Of a DNA stretch of 64,000 nt, positions 12,742 through 22,758 are shown one piece after another. How positions within the stretch are numbered: position 1 is the first letter of the stretch; each line of letters starts with the position of its first letter. The translations under genes were made by a program, and so were the position numbers. The notes beneath the pieces are model-generated. The model did not search any database and was not told the DNA's origin. It was given only the letters and a program-made list of their open reading frames with translations. This DNA is from Dehalococcoidia bacterium (GTDB lineage Bacteria; Chloroflexota; Dehalococcoidia; UBA2979): contig OZ253555.1 of the NCBI GenBank assembly GCA_965262725.1, positions 3,584,001 to 3,648,000 on the forward strand, given 5' to 3'.

Positions 12742-14571
12742 ATGACCGGAGCAACGCGCTCGCCGCGCCGGGCACTCTGCGTCGCGTTGGCGGCGCTCGC
12801 CTCCGTGCTTCTGCTCGCCTCCTGCGGCGACGGGCGGGGCGAGGACGACGCCGCCGAGACGACGGATGCGATCCTCCGGACGCTCACGGAGAACGCCGAC
12901 GCCTTCGCGTACGCGATCGGGATGCCGGGCGGCACGCTCACCTCCTCGACCCTCGGCGGCCCCCTCACGTTCAATCCGGCGCTGGCGAACGATGCCTATT
13001 CGTCCGGCCTCTTGAGCCATCTCTTCGAGGGCCTGACCCGGACCTCCTGGCTGACCGACGAGGTCGAGCCGGCGCTGGCCGACTCCTGGGAGCACTCGGA
13101 GGACGGCCTGACGTGGACCTTCCACCTCCGCCGCGACGTGACGTGGCACGACGGCGAACCGTTCACGGCGCGTGATGTGGAGTTCACCTTCAACCGCATC
13201 ATCTACAACGAGCAGATCCCGACCGGCGGCCGCGCCTCCTTCGTCTTCCGCTACCTCGACGCGAACGGCGCGTGGGTCGAGGAGGCGATGGCCGTGACGG
13301 CCGTCGACGACTACACCGTCCGCATCGTGCTGCCCACGCCGTTCGCCCCCTTCACCCGGACGATGGGGGCGGAGATCTACCCCCGCCACATCCTCGAGCC
13401 GCACGTCGAGGACGGCACCTTCAACTCCGTCTGGGGCGTGGACTCGGACCCGACGAGCGTGGTCGGCACGGGGCCCTTCACCATCGAGCGCTACGAGCCC
13501 GATGAGCGCGTCGTGCTCCGGCGCAACCCGCACTACTGGCTGACCGACGCCGACGGAAACAGCCTCCCGTACCTCGAGAGAATCGAGCACCTCATCGTCG
13601 ACGACATCGAGGCGGAGCGTGAGAAGTTCGTCGCCGGCGAGACCGATGTACACGGGGTCACAGGCGAGGACTTCGCCGATCTGAGCCGGCGCGCAGAGGA
13701 CGGCGACTTCGCCATCCACCGCCGCGGCCCCGCCTTCGGCACCACCTTCCTCGTCTTCAACATGAACCCCGGCGTGAGCCCGGCGAGTGGTGCACCCCAC
13801 GTCGCTCCGGAGAAGCTCGCCTGGTTCACCGACGCGCAGTTCCGCCGGGCGATCGCGCACAGCATCGACCGGGAGGCGATCGTCGCCGAGGCCATGGACG
13901 GCCTCGGTTATCCGCAATGGGCTTCGATCAGCCCGTCCGCCGGTGACTTCCACAACCCGAACGTCCGAAAGTACGAGTACGACGTCGAGGCTGCGAACCA
14001 CATCCTCGACGGCCTCGGATGGCTGGATCGGGACGGCGACGGCGTGCGCGAGGACGCAGACGGCAACCCGATCGAGTTCGGGCTGGTCACCAATGCGGGG
14101 AACAGCGTGCGCGAACGGGTCGCGATGCTGATCGACGAGGGACTCGATGCGATCGGCGTGCACGCCATCTACCGCCCGGTAGAGTTCGGCGACCTCCTGG
14201 CGCGGCTGACCGACTCCTACGAGTGGGAGGCCGTCGTGATCGGACTCACCGGAGGCACGGAGCCCCACGGCGGTATCAACGTCTGGCACAGCAGTTCCGA
14301 CCTGCATCTCTGGAACCCGGGGCAGGAGCGCCCGGCGACAGAGTGGGAGGCGCGGATCGACGAGCTCTACGTCCTCGGCAGCCAGGCGCTCGACCGCGAC
14401 CTGCGTGTGGAGCACTACCACCGAGCCCAAGCGATCGCCGCCGAGGAGGTTCCGCTCATCTACACGACGCTGCCCGAGCGCCTCACCGCGGTGCGGAACG
14501 TCTTCGGCAACACGACGCCGACGCTCTACGGTCTCTGGGACCTCCGCTACCTCTACCGAACGGATCGCTGA
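12742..14571 (+). CDS. ABC transporter substrate-binding lipoprotein, family 5 (peptide/nickel)
   Basis: Lipobox LLLASC, ALADSWEHSEDGLTWTFHLRRDVTWHDGEPFTARDV and VGTGPF. No permease genes adjacent. Confidence 0.92.
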   Translation: MTGATRSPRRALCVALAALASVLLLASCGDGRGEDDAAETTDAILRTLTENADAFAYAIGMPGGTLTSSTLGGPLTFNPALANDAYSSGLLSHLFEGLTRTSWLTDEVEPALADSWEHSEDGLTWTFHLRRDVTWHDGEPFTARDVEFTFNRIIYNEQIPTGGRASFVFRYLDANGAWVEEAMAVTAVDDYTVRIVLPTPFAPFTRTMGAEIYPRHILEPHVEDGTFNSVWGVDSDPTSVVGTGPFTIERYEPDERVVLRRNPHYWLTDADGNSLPYLERIEHLIVDDIEAEREKFVAGETDVHGVTGEDFADLSRRAEDGDFAIHRRGPAFGTTFLVFNMNPGVSPASGAPHVAPEKLAWFTDAQFRRAIAHSIDREAIVAEAMDGLGYPQWASISPSAGDFHNPNVRKYEYDVEAANHILDGLGWLDRDGDGVREDADGNPIEFGLVTNAGNSVRERVAMLIDEGLDAIGVHAIYRPVEFGDLLARLTDSYEWEAVVIGLTGGTEPHGGINVWHSSSDLHLWNPGQERPATEWEARIDELYVLGSQALDRDLRVEHYHRAQAIAAEEVPLIYTTLPERLTAVRNVFGNTTPTLYGLWDLRYLYRTDR

Positions 14572-14677
14572 TCGCCGGCTGAGCCGTGCACCACGGTGGC
14601 GCCACCGCGGCCGGGCTGCGGGCTCAGCCGCCCGGCGACCCCCGGCGGCAGCTCCCCGGCAGCGGGCGACGGCGGCG

Positions 14678-17600
14678 CTAGGTCGCGGGGACGAGAGCCA
14701 GCATCAAGTCGTCGCCACCGATGGAGACCTCGGTCGTCGCGGCGCCGGGCGGCGCCGCCGCCCCCGGATCGAGCGGCTCGAGGGTGAGCGCGAGCGTCTC
14801 CTCCGCGATCCAGCGGCCGTGCTCGCGGAGGGCGCGCGCGAGAGTCTCGGGGACCCTGTAGCGGACGTGGATGCGGGCGGAGACGTCGAGCCCCGCGGAG
14901 CGACGCAGCTCCTGCAGGCGTCTCACGAACTCGCGGGCGGTGCCCTCCGCCTGAAGCTCCGGGGTCACGGTGAGGTCGAGCAACGCCATGTAGCCCGCCT
15001 CCTCGGCGGCGGCCCAGCCCGCGCTTGGCTCCACGTCCACGACGATCTCGCCCGCGCCCAGCGTCACACCGCCGACCTCCACCGGCTCGCCCGCCCGCAT
15101 GCGCGCCACGATCGCCTGAGCGTCGGCCGCCTCCAGGGCTCCGCGCAGCCGACCGACGCCGGAGCCGAGCCGGGGCCCGAGCGTGGGGAGGTGCGGCCGC
15201 AACCGGTAGGCCACGCGGTCGCCGGCCGACTCGGCGACGTCGACGTCCTTCACGTTGAGCTCCTCGGCGATCTCCGAGCGGAGGCGCTCGATCCCAGCGC
15301 GCTCCTCTCCCGAGCGCGGGATCAGGACCGCGCGGGCGAGCGGCTGGCGGACGCGCACCTTCGCCCGCTGACGCGCGCCGCGCCCCAGCGAGACCATGCG
15401 CTGCACCACCGCCATCTCCTCGGCGAGACCCGTATCGATCGCCGCGCGGTCCAGCTCCGGCCACGCGTCGAGGTGCACCGAGTCCGGCGCGCCCGCAACC
15501 CGGCCCCGCACCAGATTCTGGTAGAGCGCGTCGGCGACGAAGGGCATGAACGGCGCGCAGAGCCGCGCCACCGTCGTCAGGCACTCGTAGAGAGTCGACA
15601 GCGCCGCCTGCGTGTCGGCGGAGTCGTTCGAGCGCCAGAAGCGCCGGCGGCCCCGGCGCACGTACCAGTTCGAGAGCTGGTCCACGAACTCCGCGATGGG
15701 CCTCGCCGCATCGGCGGGCTCGTACGCCTCCAGGGCATCGGTGACGCGCTCGACGGTCCGGTGGAGCTCCGAGCGCACCCAGCGGTCGAGGTCGGTGCGC
15801 CCCTCCGCTGACGGCGGCGCCGCCGGGTCGAAGTCGGCGAGGTTCGCGTAGGTGACGAAGAACGAGTACGTGCTCCAGAGAGTGGAGAGCACGCGCCGGG
15901 AGCTCTCGCCCACCAGCTCGGTGGAGAACCGCCGCGAGTTGCCCGGCGGCGCCGCCGTGTACATGTACCAGCGCGTCGCGTCCGCCCCGTGCTCGTCGAG
16001 GACGGAGAACGGATCCACCACGTTGCCGCGCGACTTCGCCATCTTCTGCCCGTCGCCGTCGAGGATGATCCCCACCGAGATCACGTTTCGGTAGGCGATC
16101 CCCTCCGGCACGGCCTCCGCGCGGTGAAGCAGCGTGGCGAGCGCGTGCAGCGTGTAGAACCAGCCGCGCGTCTGATCCATGCCCTCGCAGATGTAGTCGG
16201 CCGGGAAGCGCTCGCCGAAGGTCGCCTCGCCCTCGAAAGGGTAGTGCCACTGCGCGTAGGGCATCGCGCCCGAGTCGAACCACGCGTCGGCCACCTCGGG
16301 GACGCGCCGCATCTCCGAGGAGCACGAATGGCAGGGCATCGTGATCTCGTCGACGTAGGGGCGGTGCGGGTCCTCGATCTCGGCGTCCGCGCCCGATCGC
16401 TGCGCCAGCTCCGCGAACGAGCCGATGCACTCGACCTCCCCGCAGCCGTCGCAGAGCCAGAGCGGGAGCGGTGTGCCCCAGTAGCGCTCCCGCGAGACCG
16501 CCCAGTCGACGTTCGACTGAAGCCACTCGCCGAAGCGCCCGTCGCGCACGTTCGTCGGGACCCAGCGGATCTGGTCGCGGTTGTGCGCGACGAGTGCGTC
16601 GCGCACGGCCGTCGTCCGGATGTACCAGGACGGCTTCGCGTAGTAGAGGACGGGCGTGCCGCACCGCCAGCAGAACGGATAGGTGTGCCGGATCGTGCCC
16701 GCCTGCCAGAGGAGCCCGCGCCGGTCGAGATCCGCGACGATCTCGGAGTCGGCGTCCTTCGCGAAGCGCCCGGAGAAGGGACCGCCCACGAACTCTCCGC
16801 TCGGAGCGACGTGCTGGATGAAGAGCAGCGACTCCCCGCGCCCCACCCCGTAGTCGTCCTCCCCGAAGGCGGGCGCGACGTGCACGATGCCCGTGCCCCC
16901 TCCCTCCCCGGGCTCGGTCTCGACGAAGTCGGCGCCGACCACCCGGCGGGCGCGTCGCTCCTCGCCCGGCTCGATTGAGCGCGACCCGTCCCGCCCGAGC
17001 AGAAGCGGCTCGACACCCTCCCACCCGCTCGCCTCGTAGAGCGGCTCGTACCCCAGCCCGACGAGCTCCGAGCCATCGACGCGCGCGAGGATGTCCGGCT
17101 CGCCGAGAACCGACGGGAGCAGCCGCTCCGCGACGATCAGCCGCTCCCGGGAGCCGCCCTCCTCCCGCTCGGCGAGCACGTAGCCCGCGGCGGGGTCCAC
17201 GGCGAGGCCCGTGTTGCCGGGGAGCGTCCACGGCGTCGTCGTCCACGCGAGGATCGCCGTCGGCACGCCGTCTGCCAGGCGCAAGGCGCCGGGCGCCTCC
17301 GGGTTCGCCGCCTCATCGAGGCGAAAGCGAACGGTGACCGAGGGATCGGGCGTCTCCTCGCGGTAGCCGAGCGCCACCTCGTGCGAGGACAGGCTCGTCT
17401 CGCAGCGGGGGCAGTGCGGCGTGACGCGGAAGTCGCGGAACATCAGGTCGCGGTCCCAGAGCTGCCTGAAGATCCACCAGCAGCTCTCGACGTATTCGCG
17501 GTGGTACGTGACGTAGGGGTCGTCGGTGTCGATCCAGAACCCGATACGCTCGGTCAGCTCCTTGAACTCCCGGACGTAGCGGAAGACGGACTCACGGCAC

Positions 17601-18022
17601 CGCCGGTTGAAGGCCTCGATGCCGTAGGCCTCTATGTCGCGCTTGGTCGAGAGCCCGAGCTCGCGCTCGACCTCAAGCTCCACCGGGAGGCCGTGCGTGT
17701 CCCACCCCCCCTTCCGGGGGACGCGATAGCCGCGCATCGTCCGGTAGCGCGGGATCAGGTCCTTGAAGACGCGGGCCAGCACGTGGTGGATCCCCGGGGA
17801 GCCGTTCGCCGTCGGCGGACCCTCGTAGAAGGAGAAGACGCGATCGGCGGGGCGCTCCTCGACCGAGCGGCGGAAGATGTCGCGCTCCCGCCACACCGCG
17901 AGGATGCGCGCCTCCAACTCCGGGAACGAGACGTGCGTGGGAACGGGATCGAATCGGCCCCGGGCGCTCGCCGGGGCCGCACCGCCACCCGACGCGGCCT
18001 CCGACCCGACACCTGCGCTCAT
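14678..18022 (-). CDS. ileS: Isoleucine--tRNA ligase, type 2
   Basis: FYEGPPTANG, GWDTHGLPVE, WTTTPWTLPGN, GTGIVHVAPAFGEDD, SRERYWGTPLP and EGMDQTRGWFY. Signature motifs read GIHH and KMAKS; long type-2 C-terminal domain. Confidence 0.97.
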   Translation of the reverse strand: MSAGVGSEAASGGGAAPASARGRFDPVPTHVSFPELEARILAVWRERDIFRRSVEERPADRVFSFYEGPPTANGSPGIHHVLARVFKDLIPRYRTMRGYRVPRKGGWDTHGLPVELEVERELGLSTKRDIEAYGIEAFNRRCRESVFRYVREFKELTERIGFWIDTDDPYVTYHREYVESCWWIFRQLWDRDLMFRDFRVTPHCPRCETSLSSHEVALGYREETPDPSVTVRFRLDEAANPEAPGALRLADGVPTAILAWTTTPWTLPGNTGLAVDPAAGYVLAEREEGGSRERLIVAERLLPSVLGEPDILARVDGSELVGLGYEPLYEASGWEGVEPLLLGRDGSRSIEPGEERRARRVVGADFVETEPGEGGGTGIVHVAPAFGEDDYGVGRGESLLFIQHVAPSGEFVGGPFSGRFAKDADSEIVADLDRRGLLWQAGTIRHTYPFCWRCGTPVLYYAKPSWYIRTTAVRDALVAHNRDQIRWVPTNVRDGRFGEWLQSNVDWAVSRERYWGTPLPLWLCDGCGEVECIGSFAELAQRSGADAEIEDPHRPYVDEITMPCHSCSSEMRRVPEVADAWFDSGAMPYAQWHYPFEGEATFGERFPADYICEGMDQTRGWFYTLHALATLLHRAEAVPEGIAYRNVISVGIILDGDGQKMAKSRGNVVDPFSVLDEHGADATRWYMYTAAPPGNSRRFSTELVGESSRRVLSTLWSTYSFFVTYANLADFDPAAPPSAEGRTDLDRWVRSELHRTVERVTDALEAYEPADAARPIAEFVDQLSNWYVRRGRRRFWRSNDSADTQAALSTLYECLTTVARLCAPFMPFVADALYQNLVRGRVAGAPDSVHLDAWPELDRAAIDTGLAEEMAVVQRMVSLGRGARQRAKVRVRQPLARAVLIPRSGEERAGIERLRSEIAEELNVKDVDVAESAGDRVAYRLRPHLPTLGPRLGSGVGRLRGALEAADAQAIVARMRAGEPVEVGGVTLGAGEIVVDVEPSAGWAAAEEAGYMALLDLTVTPELQAEGTAREFVRRLQELRRSAGLDVSARIHVRYRVPETLARALREHGRWIAEETLALTLEPLDPGAAAPPGAATTEVSIGGDDLMLALVPAT

Positions 18023-18058
18023 CGCTGGGCCCACATCCATCCGCGCGAGGCGCGCCGG

Positions 18059-18526
18059 CTATTGCGGGAGGCGGACGGCCCCCCCGGAGGCATCCCGCCC
18101 CGAGTCCGGACCGGGGCCCTCCAGCGCCACCGCCGGCGAGGATGAGCCGCTGCGCGAGGCGGCGTGGACGGCGGCCGCCTGATCCGCCGCCTCCTGCTTG
18201 GTGCGAACGTCGTTGTAGCAGCCGGAGCAGTAGACCGGCCTGTCCCCGCGCGGGACGAACGGCACCTCCGTCAGCTGACCGCACTGCGCGCAGCTCGCGA
18301 CGTGGAGCTGCCGCGGGGTGCGGCCGCCCCAGGAGGCGAAGACGCCGTAGTTCGGCGACTCGTCCCGATCCTCCGGGCGCATCATTTTTCGGGTCGCCCG
18401 GCACGAGGGGCACCTCACCGGGTCGTGCTGAAGCCCCTTGCTCGCGTAGAACTCCTGCTCTCCGGCCGTGAAGACGAAACCACCGCCGCAATCGCGGCAG
18501 GTCAACTCGCGGTCCTGAAACGCCAT
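18059..18526 (-). CDS. Zinc-ribbon / CxxC-x17-CxxC domain protein
   Basis: MAFQDRELTCRDCG..FVFTAGEQEFYASKGL...CPSCR, then CAQCG..TEVPFVPRGDRPVYCSGC. Confidence 0.9.
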   Translation of the reverse strand: MAFQDRELTCRDCGGGFVFTAGEQEFYASKGLQHDPVRCPSCRATRKMMRPEDRDESPNYGVFASWGGRTPRQLHVASCAQCGQLTEVPFVPRGDRPVYCSGCYNDVRTKQEAADQAAAVHAASRSGSSSPAVALEGPGPDSGRDASGGAVRLPQ

Positions 18527-18683
18527 GCTCGCTCCTCGTCCGGCGGGCCCGGCCCGCCCAGCCCCCCATCCGAAGCACGCCACCCGCTCTGGGGAAGGGC
18601 CGCCGAGCGTGGGGCTGGCTGGACGCCGCCGCGCGCCGTGGCCACCGACAGTGTATCAGCGCCCCCCGGCGGAGCGGCGATCT

Positions 18684-20408
18684 CTAGCGGCCGAGCCGAG
18701 CCAGCAGGCGCGTCGCCTCCTCGCTGCGCACGAGCAGCGCGACCGCCACGTAGGAGAGCAGCCCCGCGAGGCCGGCGAGCACGAGCACCACCGCGGCGCC
18801 CTCGGCCGTCTCCGCGTCCGCCCCGGCCACCGCCAGCAGCAGCCGCATCAGCACGACCACCTCGACCATCACGATGGTGGCCGCGACGGTGCGCCAGACG
18901 GAGCCGACGAGGGAGCCCGGCCACCGCCGCGCCGCCGGGCTCAGGCCGCCGAGTCGCTGGGAGAGCAGCCGCACGAGCAGCGCGAATTCCAGGATCGCCG
19001 CTATCGACGCGGCGGCGGCGAGCCCTCGCACGCCGAAGGGCCCTACCAGGGCCCAGCACAGGGCCGCGTTGAGGACCGTGGCCAGGACGGTGACCTTCAC
19101 CGGCGTGCGCGTGTCGGAGAGTGCGTAGAACCCCCTGCTCACTATCTCTATGCCCGCATGGGCGAAGACCGCGACGGCGTACACGGCGACAATGCTCGCC
19201 ACGAGCTCGCTCGAGGCCCGATCGAAGGCGCCGCGCTGGAGCAGGACGCGGACGATCGGATCAGCCAGCACCAGCAATCCGGCCGACGCCGGCACAGCGA
19301 GGAAGAGAATCGTGCCGAGGGCCCGCCCGAGCGAGACGGCGAGCGTCCCCATCTGCCGCGCCGCCGCCTGCTGCGCCAGCAGCGGGAACGCCGCCGTCGA
19401 GATGGCCATGCCCGCGACCGCCACCGGCATCATCATCAGCAGGAAGGCGTAGGAGACGGCGTTGATTGCCTCGTCGGAGACGAAGGAGGCGAAGAAGATG
19501 ACGATCACGAGGTTCAGCTGCGACGCGCCGAGACCGATCACGCGCGGACCCGCGAGCCTGAGCACTTCGCGCACGGGCCCGGAGGCGAGATCGAACACGG
19601 GCCGCCAGCGCATCCCCACCGCGGCGAGCGCCGGCAGCTGCACCAGCAGGTGGAGCCCCGACCCCACGACGACCCCGACGGCGAGGCCCCGGACGCCCAT
19701 CGGCCCGGCCAGAAACAGTGCACCCATGATGATGGAGGCGTTGTAGAAAAGCGGCGCGAGCGCCGGCGCGACGAAGTGCTGCCGGGCGTTGAGAATGCCG
19801 GTCAGCATTCCGGAAATGCCGAAGAAGATGGGCGAGAGCAGCATGATCCGCGTGAGCTCAACGGCGAGGGATTCAATCTCTGCCTCGCGACCGCCGCCCT
19901 CGCCGAGCCCCGGAGCGATCAGCGGCACGATCCACGGCGCCAGCACGAAGGCGCCGACCGCGACCACCAGGGTCACGAGGCTGATCAGGTTGAGCACGCC
20001 GGAGGCGAGCTCCCACCCGGCGTCGGCGCTCTCCCGGAGGCGCACCCGTGAGAAGACGGGGATGAACGCCGCGGAGAGGGTCGCGCCGGCGAGCAGCTGG
20101 AAGACGAGGTCGGGGATGCGGAAGGCGACCCAGTAGGCGGCGAGCTCGGGTTCGGTGCCGAAGGCGTCGGCGATCACCACCGATCGCAACAGCCCCAGGA
20201 GCCGCGAGAGGAGGAAGCCCGCCGCGACGACGCCGGCCGCCCAAGCCACGCCCTGCTCCACCACGCCGCGGGCGAGGAACCGCCGCAGCCGTGACACGGA
20301 TGCCTCGCTCGGCTCCGCGCCGGCGAGCGGCCCCTCCCGGGAGTCCCGGCGCGGCCGCGCGACGCTCGCATCGTCGGAAGCGGCGCCGTCGGGCGGAGGT
20401 TCACGCAT
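18684..20408 (-). CDS. murJ: Lipid II flippase MurJ (MviN)
   Basis: LLSRLLGLLR, AFRIPDLVFQL..G.LSAAFIPVF, many TM helices and FYALSDTRTP. Exact start uncertain. Confidence 0.92.
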   Translation of the reverse strand: MREPPPDGAASDDASVARPRRDSREGPLAGAEPSEASVSRLRRFLARGVVEQGVAWAAGVVAAGFLLSRLLGLLRSVVIADAFGTEPELAAYWVAFRIPDLVFQLLAGATLSAAFIPVFSRVRLRESADAGWELASGVLNLISLVTLVVAVGAFVLAPWIVPLIAPGLGEGGGREAEIESLAVELTRIMLLSPIFFGISGMLTGILNARQHFVAPALAPLFYNASIIMGALFLAGPMGVRGLAVGVVVGSGLHLLVQLPALAAVGMRWRPVFDLASGPVREVLRLAGPRVIGLGASQLNLVIVIFFASFVSDEAINAVSYAFLLMMMPVAVAGMAISTAAFPLLAQQAAARQMGTLAVSLGRALGTILFLAVPASAGLLVLADPIVRVLLQRGAFDRASSELVASIVAVYAVAVFAHAGIEIVSRGFYALSDTRTPVKVTVLATVLNAALCWALVGPFGVRGLAAAASIAAILEFALLVRLLSQRLGGLSPAARRWPGSLVGSVWRTVAATIVMVEVVVLMRLLLAVAGADAETAEGAAVVLVLAGLAGLLSYVAVALLVRSEEATRLLARLGR

Positions 20409-20519
20409 CCGCTCGATCCTGAGCGTGAGCCGCGCGGGAGGCAAGGATGGACGGCGCCGCGCCGCGCCGCTACGATCGCTCCGGCGCCGACGCGGGCGCC
20501 CACGAATCGCGGAGACGAG

Positions 20520-20789
20520 ATGGCGAATTCGGCCCAGGCCCTCAAGCGCGTGCGCCAGAATGCACGCCGCGCGGCGCGGCTCCGGCCGTACCGCACCCGT
20601 GCGTCGCGGGCCGTGCGGGACGCGCGGGAGGCGATCGCCGGCGGCGCGCCCGAGGCGGCCGAACTCGTCAGGGCCGCTCAGTCCGCACTCGATCGAGCGG
20701 CGCGGCGCCACATTCTCCACCCCAACGCCGCCGCGCGGCGCAAGTCTCGCCTCGCCGGGCAGCTCCGACGCAGCACGACCGCCGACTAG
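20520..20789 (+). CDS. rpsT: 30S ribosomal protein S20
   Basis: MANSAQALKRVRQN...LDRAARRHILHPNAAARRKSRL. Confidence 0.95.
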   Translation: MANSAQALKRVRQNARRAARLRPYRTRASRAVRDAREAIAGGAPEAAELVRAAQSALDRAARRHILHPNAAARRKSRLAGQLRRSTTAD

Positions 20790-20869
20790 CCCGCCGGCCC
20801 CCGTCGAGGCCGCAGCACTCGACTCGCGCGCGCGACGGCCGGGGCAGCGCTAGGGGGCGGGAGCGAGCC

Positions 20870-21916
20870 ATGCGGGCGACGATCTTCCACCGACCCGGCG
20901 AGGTCACCGTCGAGGAGCGGGCAGCGCCCGAGCCGGGTCCCGGCGAGCTCAGACTGACGATCGCCGCGGCGGCGCTGTGCGCCTCGGACGTCCGCGTCTA
21001 CCGGGGGGAGAAATACGCCGCCCCCGGCGTCGTCCCGGGTCACGAACTCGCCGGCGTCGTCGACGCCCTCGGAGAGGGCGTGGAGGGGTACGCACTCGGC
21101 GATCGCGTCGTGGTCTGCCCGATCCTCGCCTGCGGCCGGTGCCGCTTCTGCGCCCGGGGCCGGCGAAACCGGTGCATCGCGCGGCGGACGCTCGGCTACG
21201 ACCTGGACGGCGGCTTCGCGGAGCAGATGACGGTCCCCGCGGAGCTCGTCGCCCTCGGCCACGTGCTGAGGGTGCCGCCGGCCCTGCCGCTCTCCATAGC
21301 GGCGATCACCGAACCCGTCGCCTGCACCCTCAACTCCCTCGATCTGCTCGACGTGCGGCCGGGCACCTCGATCGCGATCCTCGGCGCCGGGCCGATGGGC
21401 CTTCTCCACGTGCTGCTCGCGCGCGCCGCCGGCTCAGCCCCGATCATCGTCTCCGAGCCGGTCTCGGAGCGCCGCGAGGTCGCCAGGCGCTGGGGCGCCG
21501 ACATCGTGTTGGATCCGACGACGGACGACCTCGAGGCATCAGTCCGCGACGCGACCGACGGCTACGGCGTCGACGCGGTGGCCGTCTCCGTCGGCGTGGC
21601 CGAGCTCGCGAACCAGGCACTCTCGCTGGTCGCGAGGCAGGGAACCGTCAACCTCTTCGCGGGATTCCCCCCGGGCTCGACGATCCCCCTCGACGTGAAC
21701 GCGCTTCACTACGCCGAAATCGTGCTCTCCGGCTCGCAGAACGCCACCACCGATCAGTACCGTCGGTCGGTGGCGCTGCTCGGATCGCTGCCGCACGTCG
21801 ACGAGCTGCTCACCCATCGCTACGGCATCGAGCAGGCGCCCCGGGCCTACGAGTCCCGTCTCTCTCTCTCCGGCCTGAAATCGCTCGTCGAGTTTCCGGG
21901 GGTCGACGGCCGCTGA
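20870..21916 (+). CDS. Zinc-dependent medium-chain alcohol/polyol dehydrogenase
   Basis: LCASD, PGHELAG, structural Zn site CGRCRFC...C and Rossmann GAGPMG. Confidence 0.92.
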   Translation: MRATIFHRPGEVTVEERAAPEPGPGELRLTIAAAALCASDVRVYRGEKYAAPGVVPGHELAGVVDALGEGVEGYALGDRVVVCPILACGRCRFCARGRRNRCIARRTLGYDLDGGFAEQMTVPAELVALGHVLRVPPALPLSIAAITEPVACTLNSLDLLDVRPGTSIAILGAGPMGLLHVLLARAAGSAPIIVSEPVSERREVARRWGADIVLDPTTDDLEASVRDATDGYGVDAVAVSVGVAELANQALSLVARQGTVNLFAGFPPGSTIPLDVNALHYAEIVLSGSQNATTDQYRRSVALLGSLPHVDELLTHRYGIEQAPRAYESRLSLSGLKSLVEFPGVDGR

Positions 21917-22686
21917 TGACGACGAGGCGGCCCGGCGCGGGCGAGGACGACCCGGGATTTCCCGGTCAGGCGGACGCGAGCGAGCCCGACTCCGGAGACC
22001 CCGGCATCGGCGAGATGCTCCGGCGGCGACGCACCGAGCGCAGCGTCACGCTAAGCGACGCGGAGCGCGACACGCGGATCAACCGCAGCTACCTCCAGGC
22101 CCTGGAGGGCGAGCGGTGGGACGCGCTTCCGGCGCCCATCTACACCCGCGGGTTCCTGCGCTCCTACGCCCGGCACCTCGCGCTCGACCCCGAGGAGATG
22201 ATCGCGATGCTGCCTGCGGAGCTCCCGCGCCCGCGGGGGCTCGAGCCGCTCCCCGGACTGCTGCGCGCTAGGTCGTCGGTCGGGCTCGATTTCCCCCGCA
22301 CGCTCGTCGTGACGGCCGTCGCCATCGTCGTCATGATCGTGGTCGCTGCGGCCGTGCTGCAGTTCCGGGCCGCGTCCGACCGCGAGACCACGGGCTCCAC
22401 GGAGCAGCCCCAGGCGACGGCCGGCGGGGACGCGAGCGCGGTGGCGACGCCCGATGTCGCCGCGACCGTCCCGCCCGCCGAGCCAGGCACAACGCCTGAC
22501 TTCACGGGCGTCACCATCGAGACGGCCCGCGAGACCCTGAGCGAGCTCGACCTCCTCGTCAACGTGCTCGAGATAGAGACCGACGACGCGCCCGTCGGCC
22601 GGGTCTTCCACCAATCGCCCGCTCCGGGCGAGCCGCTTCAGACCGGCAACACGGTCCTGCTCGTCGTCTCCGCCGGCCCCCCGTAG
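21916..22686 (+). CDS. RodZ-like HTH membrane protein with C-terminal PASTA domain
   Basis: N-terminal IGEMLRRRR...TRINRSYLQALE...YTRGFLRSYARHLALD (RodZ HTH), one TM, then PDFTG...GRVFHQSPAPG...VLLVVSAG (PASTA). Confidence 0.85.
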   Translation: MTTRRPGAGEDDPGFPGQADASEPDSGDPGIGEMLRRRRTERSVTLSDAERDTRINRSYLQALEGERWDALPAPIYTRGFLRSYARHLALDPEEMIAMLPAELPRPRGLEPLPGLLRARSSVGLDFPRTLVVTAVAIVVMIVVAAAVLQFRAASDRETTGSTEQPQATAGGDASAVATPDVAATVPPAEPGTTPDFTGVTIETARETLSELDLLVNVLEIETDDAPVGRVFHQSPAPGEPLQTGNTVLLVVSAGPP

Positions 22687-22758
22687 GGCCGCGCCGAGCG
22701 CCGGCCTGCGCCCGCGGCGTGGTTGACGGGGGCGCCTGAGACCCCGAGCCTTGCCCGA

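Noticed and set aside
18023-18058. T-box leader for ileS
   Set aside because: There is no room between ileS and the upstream gene, and no T-box consensus is visible.
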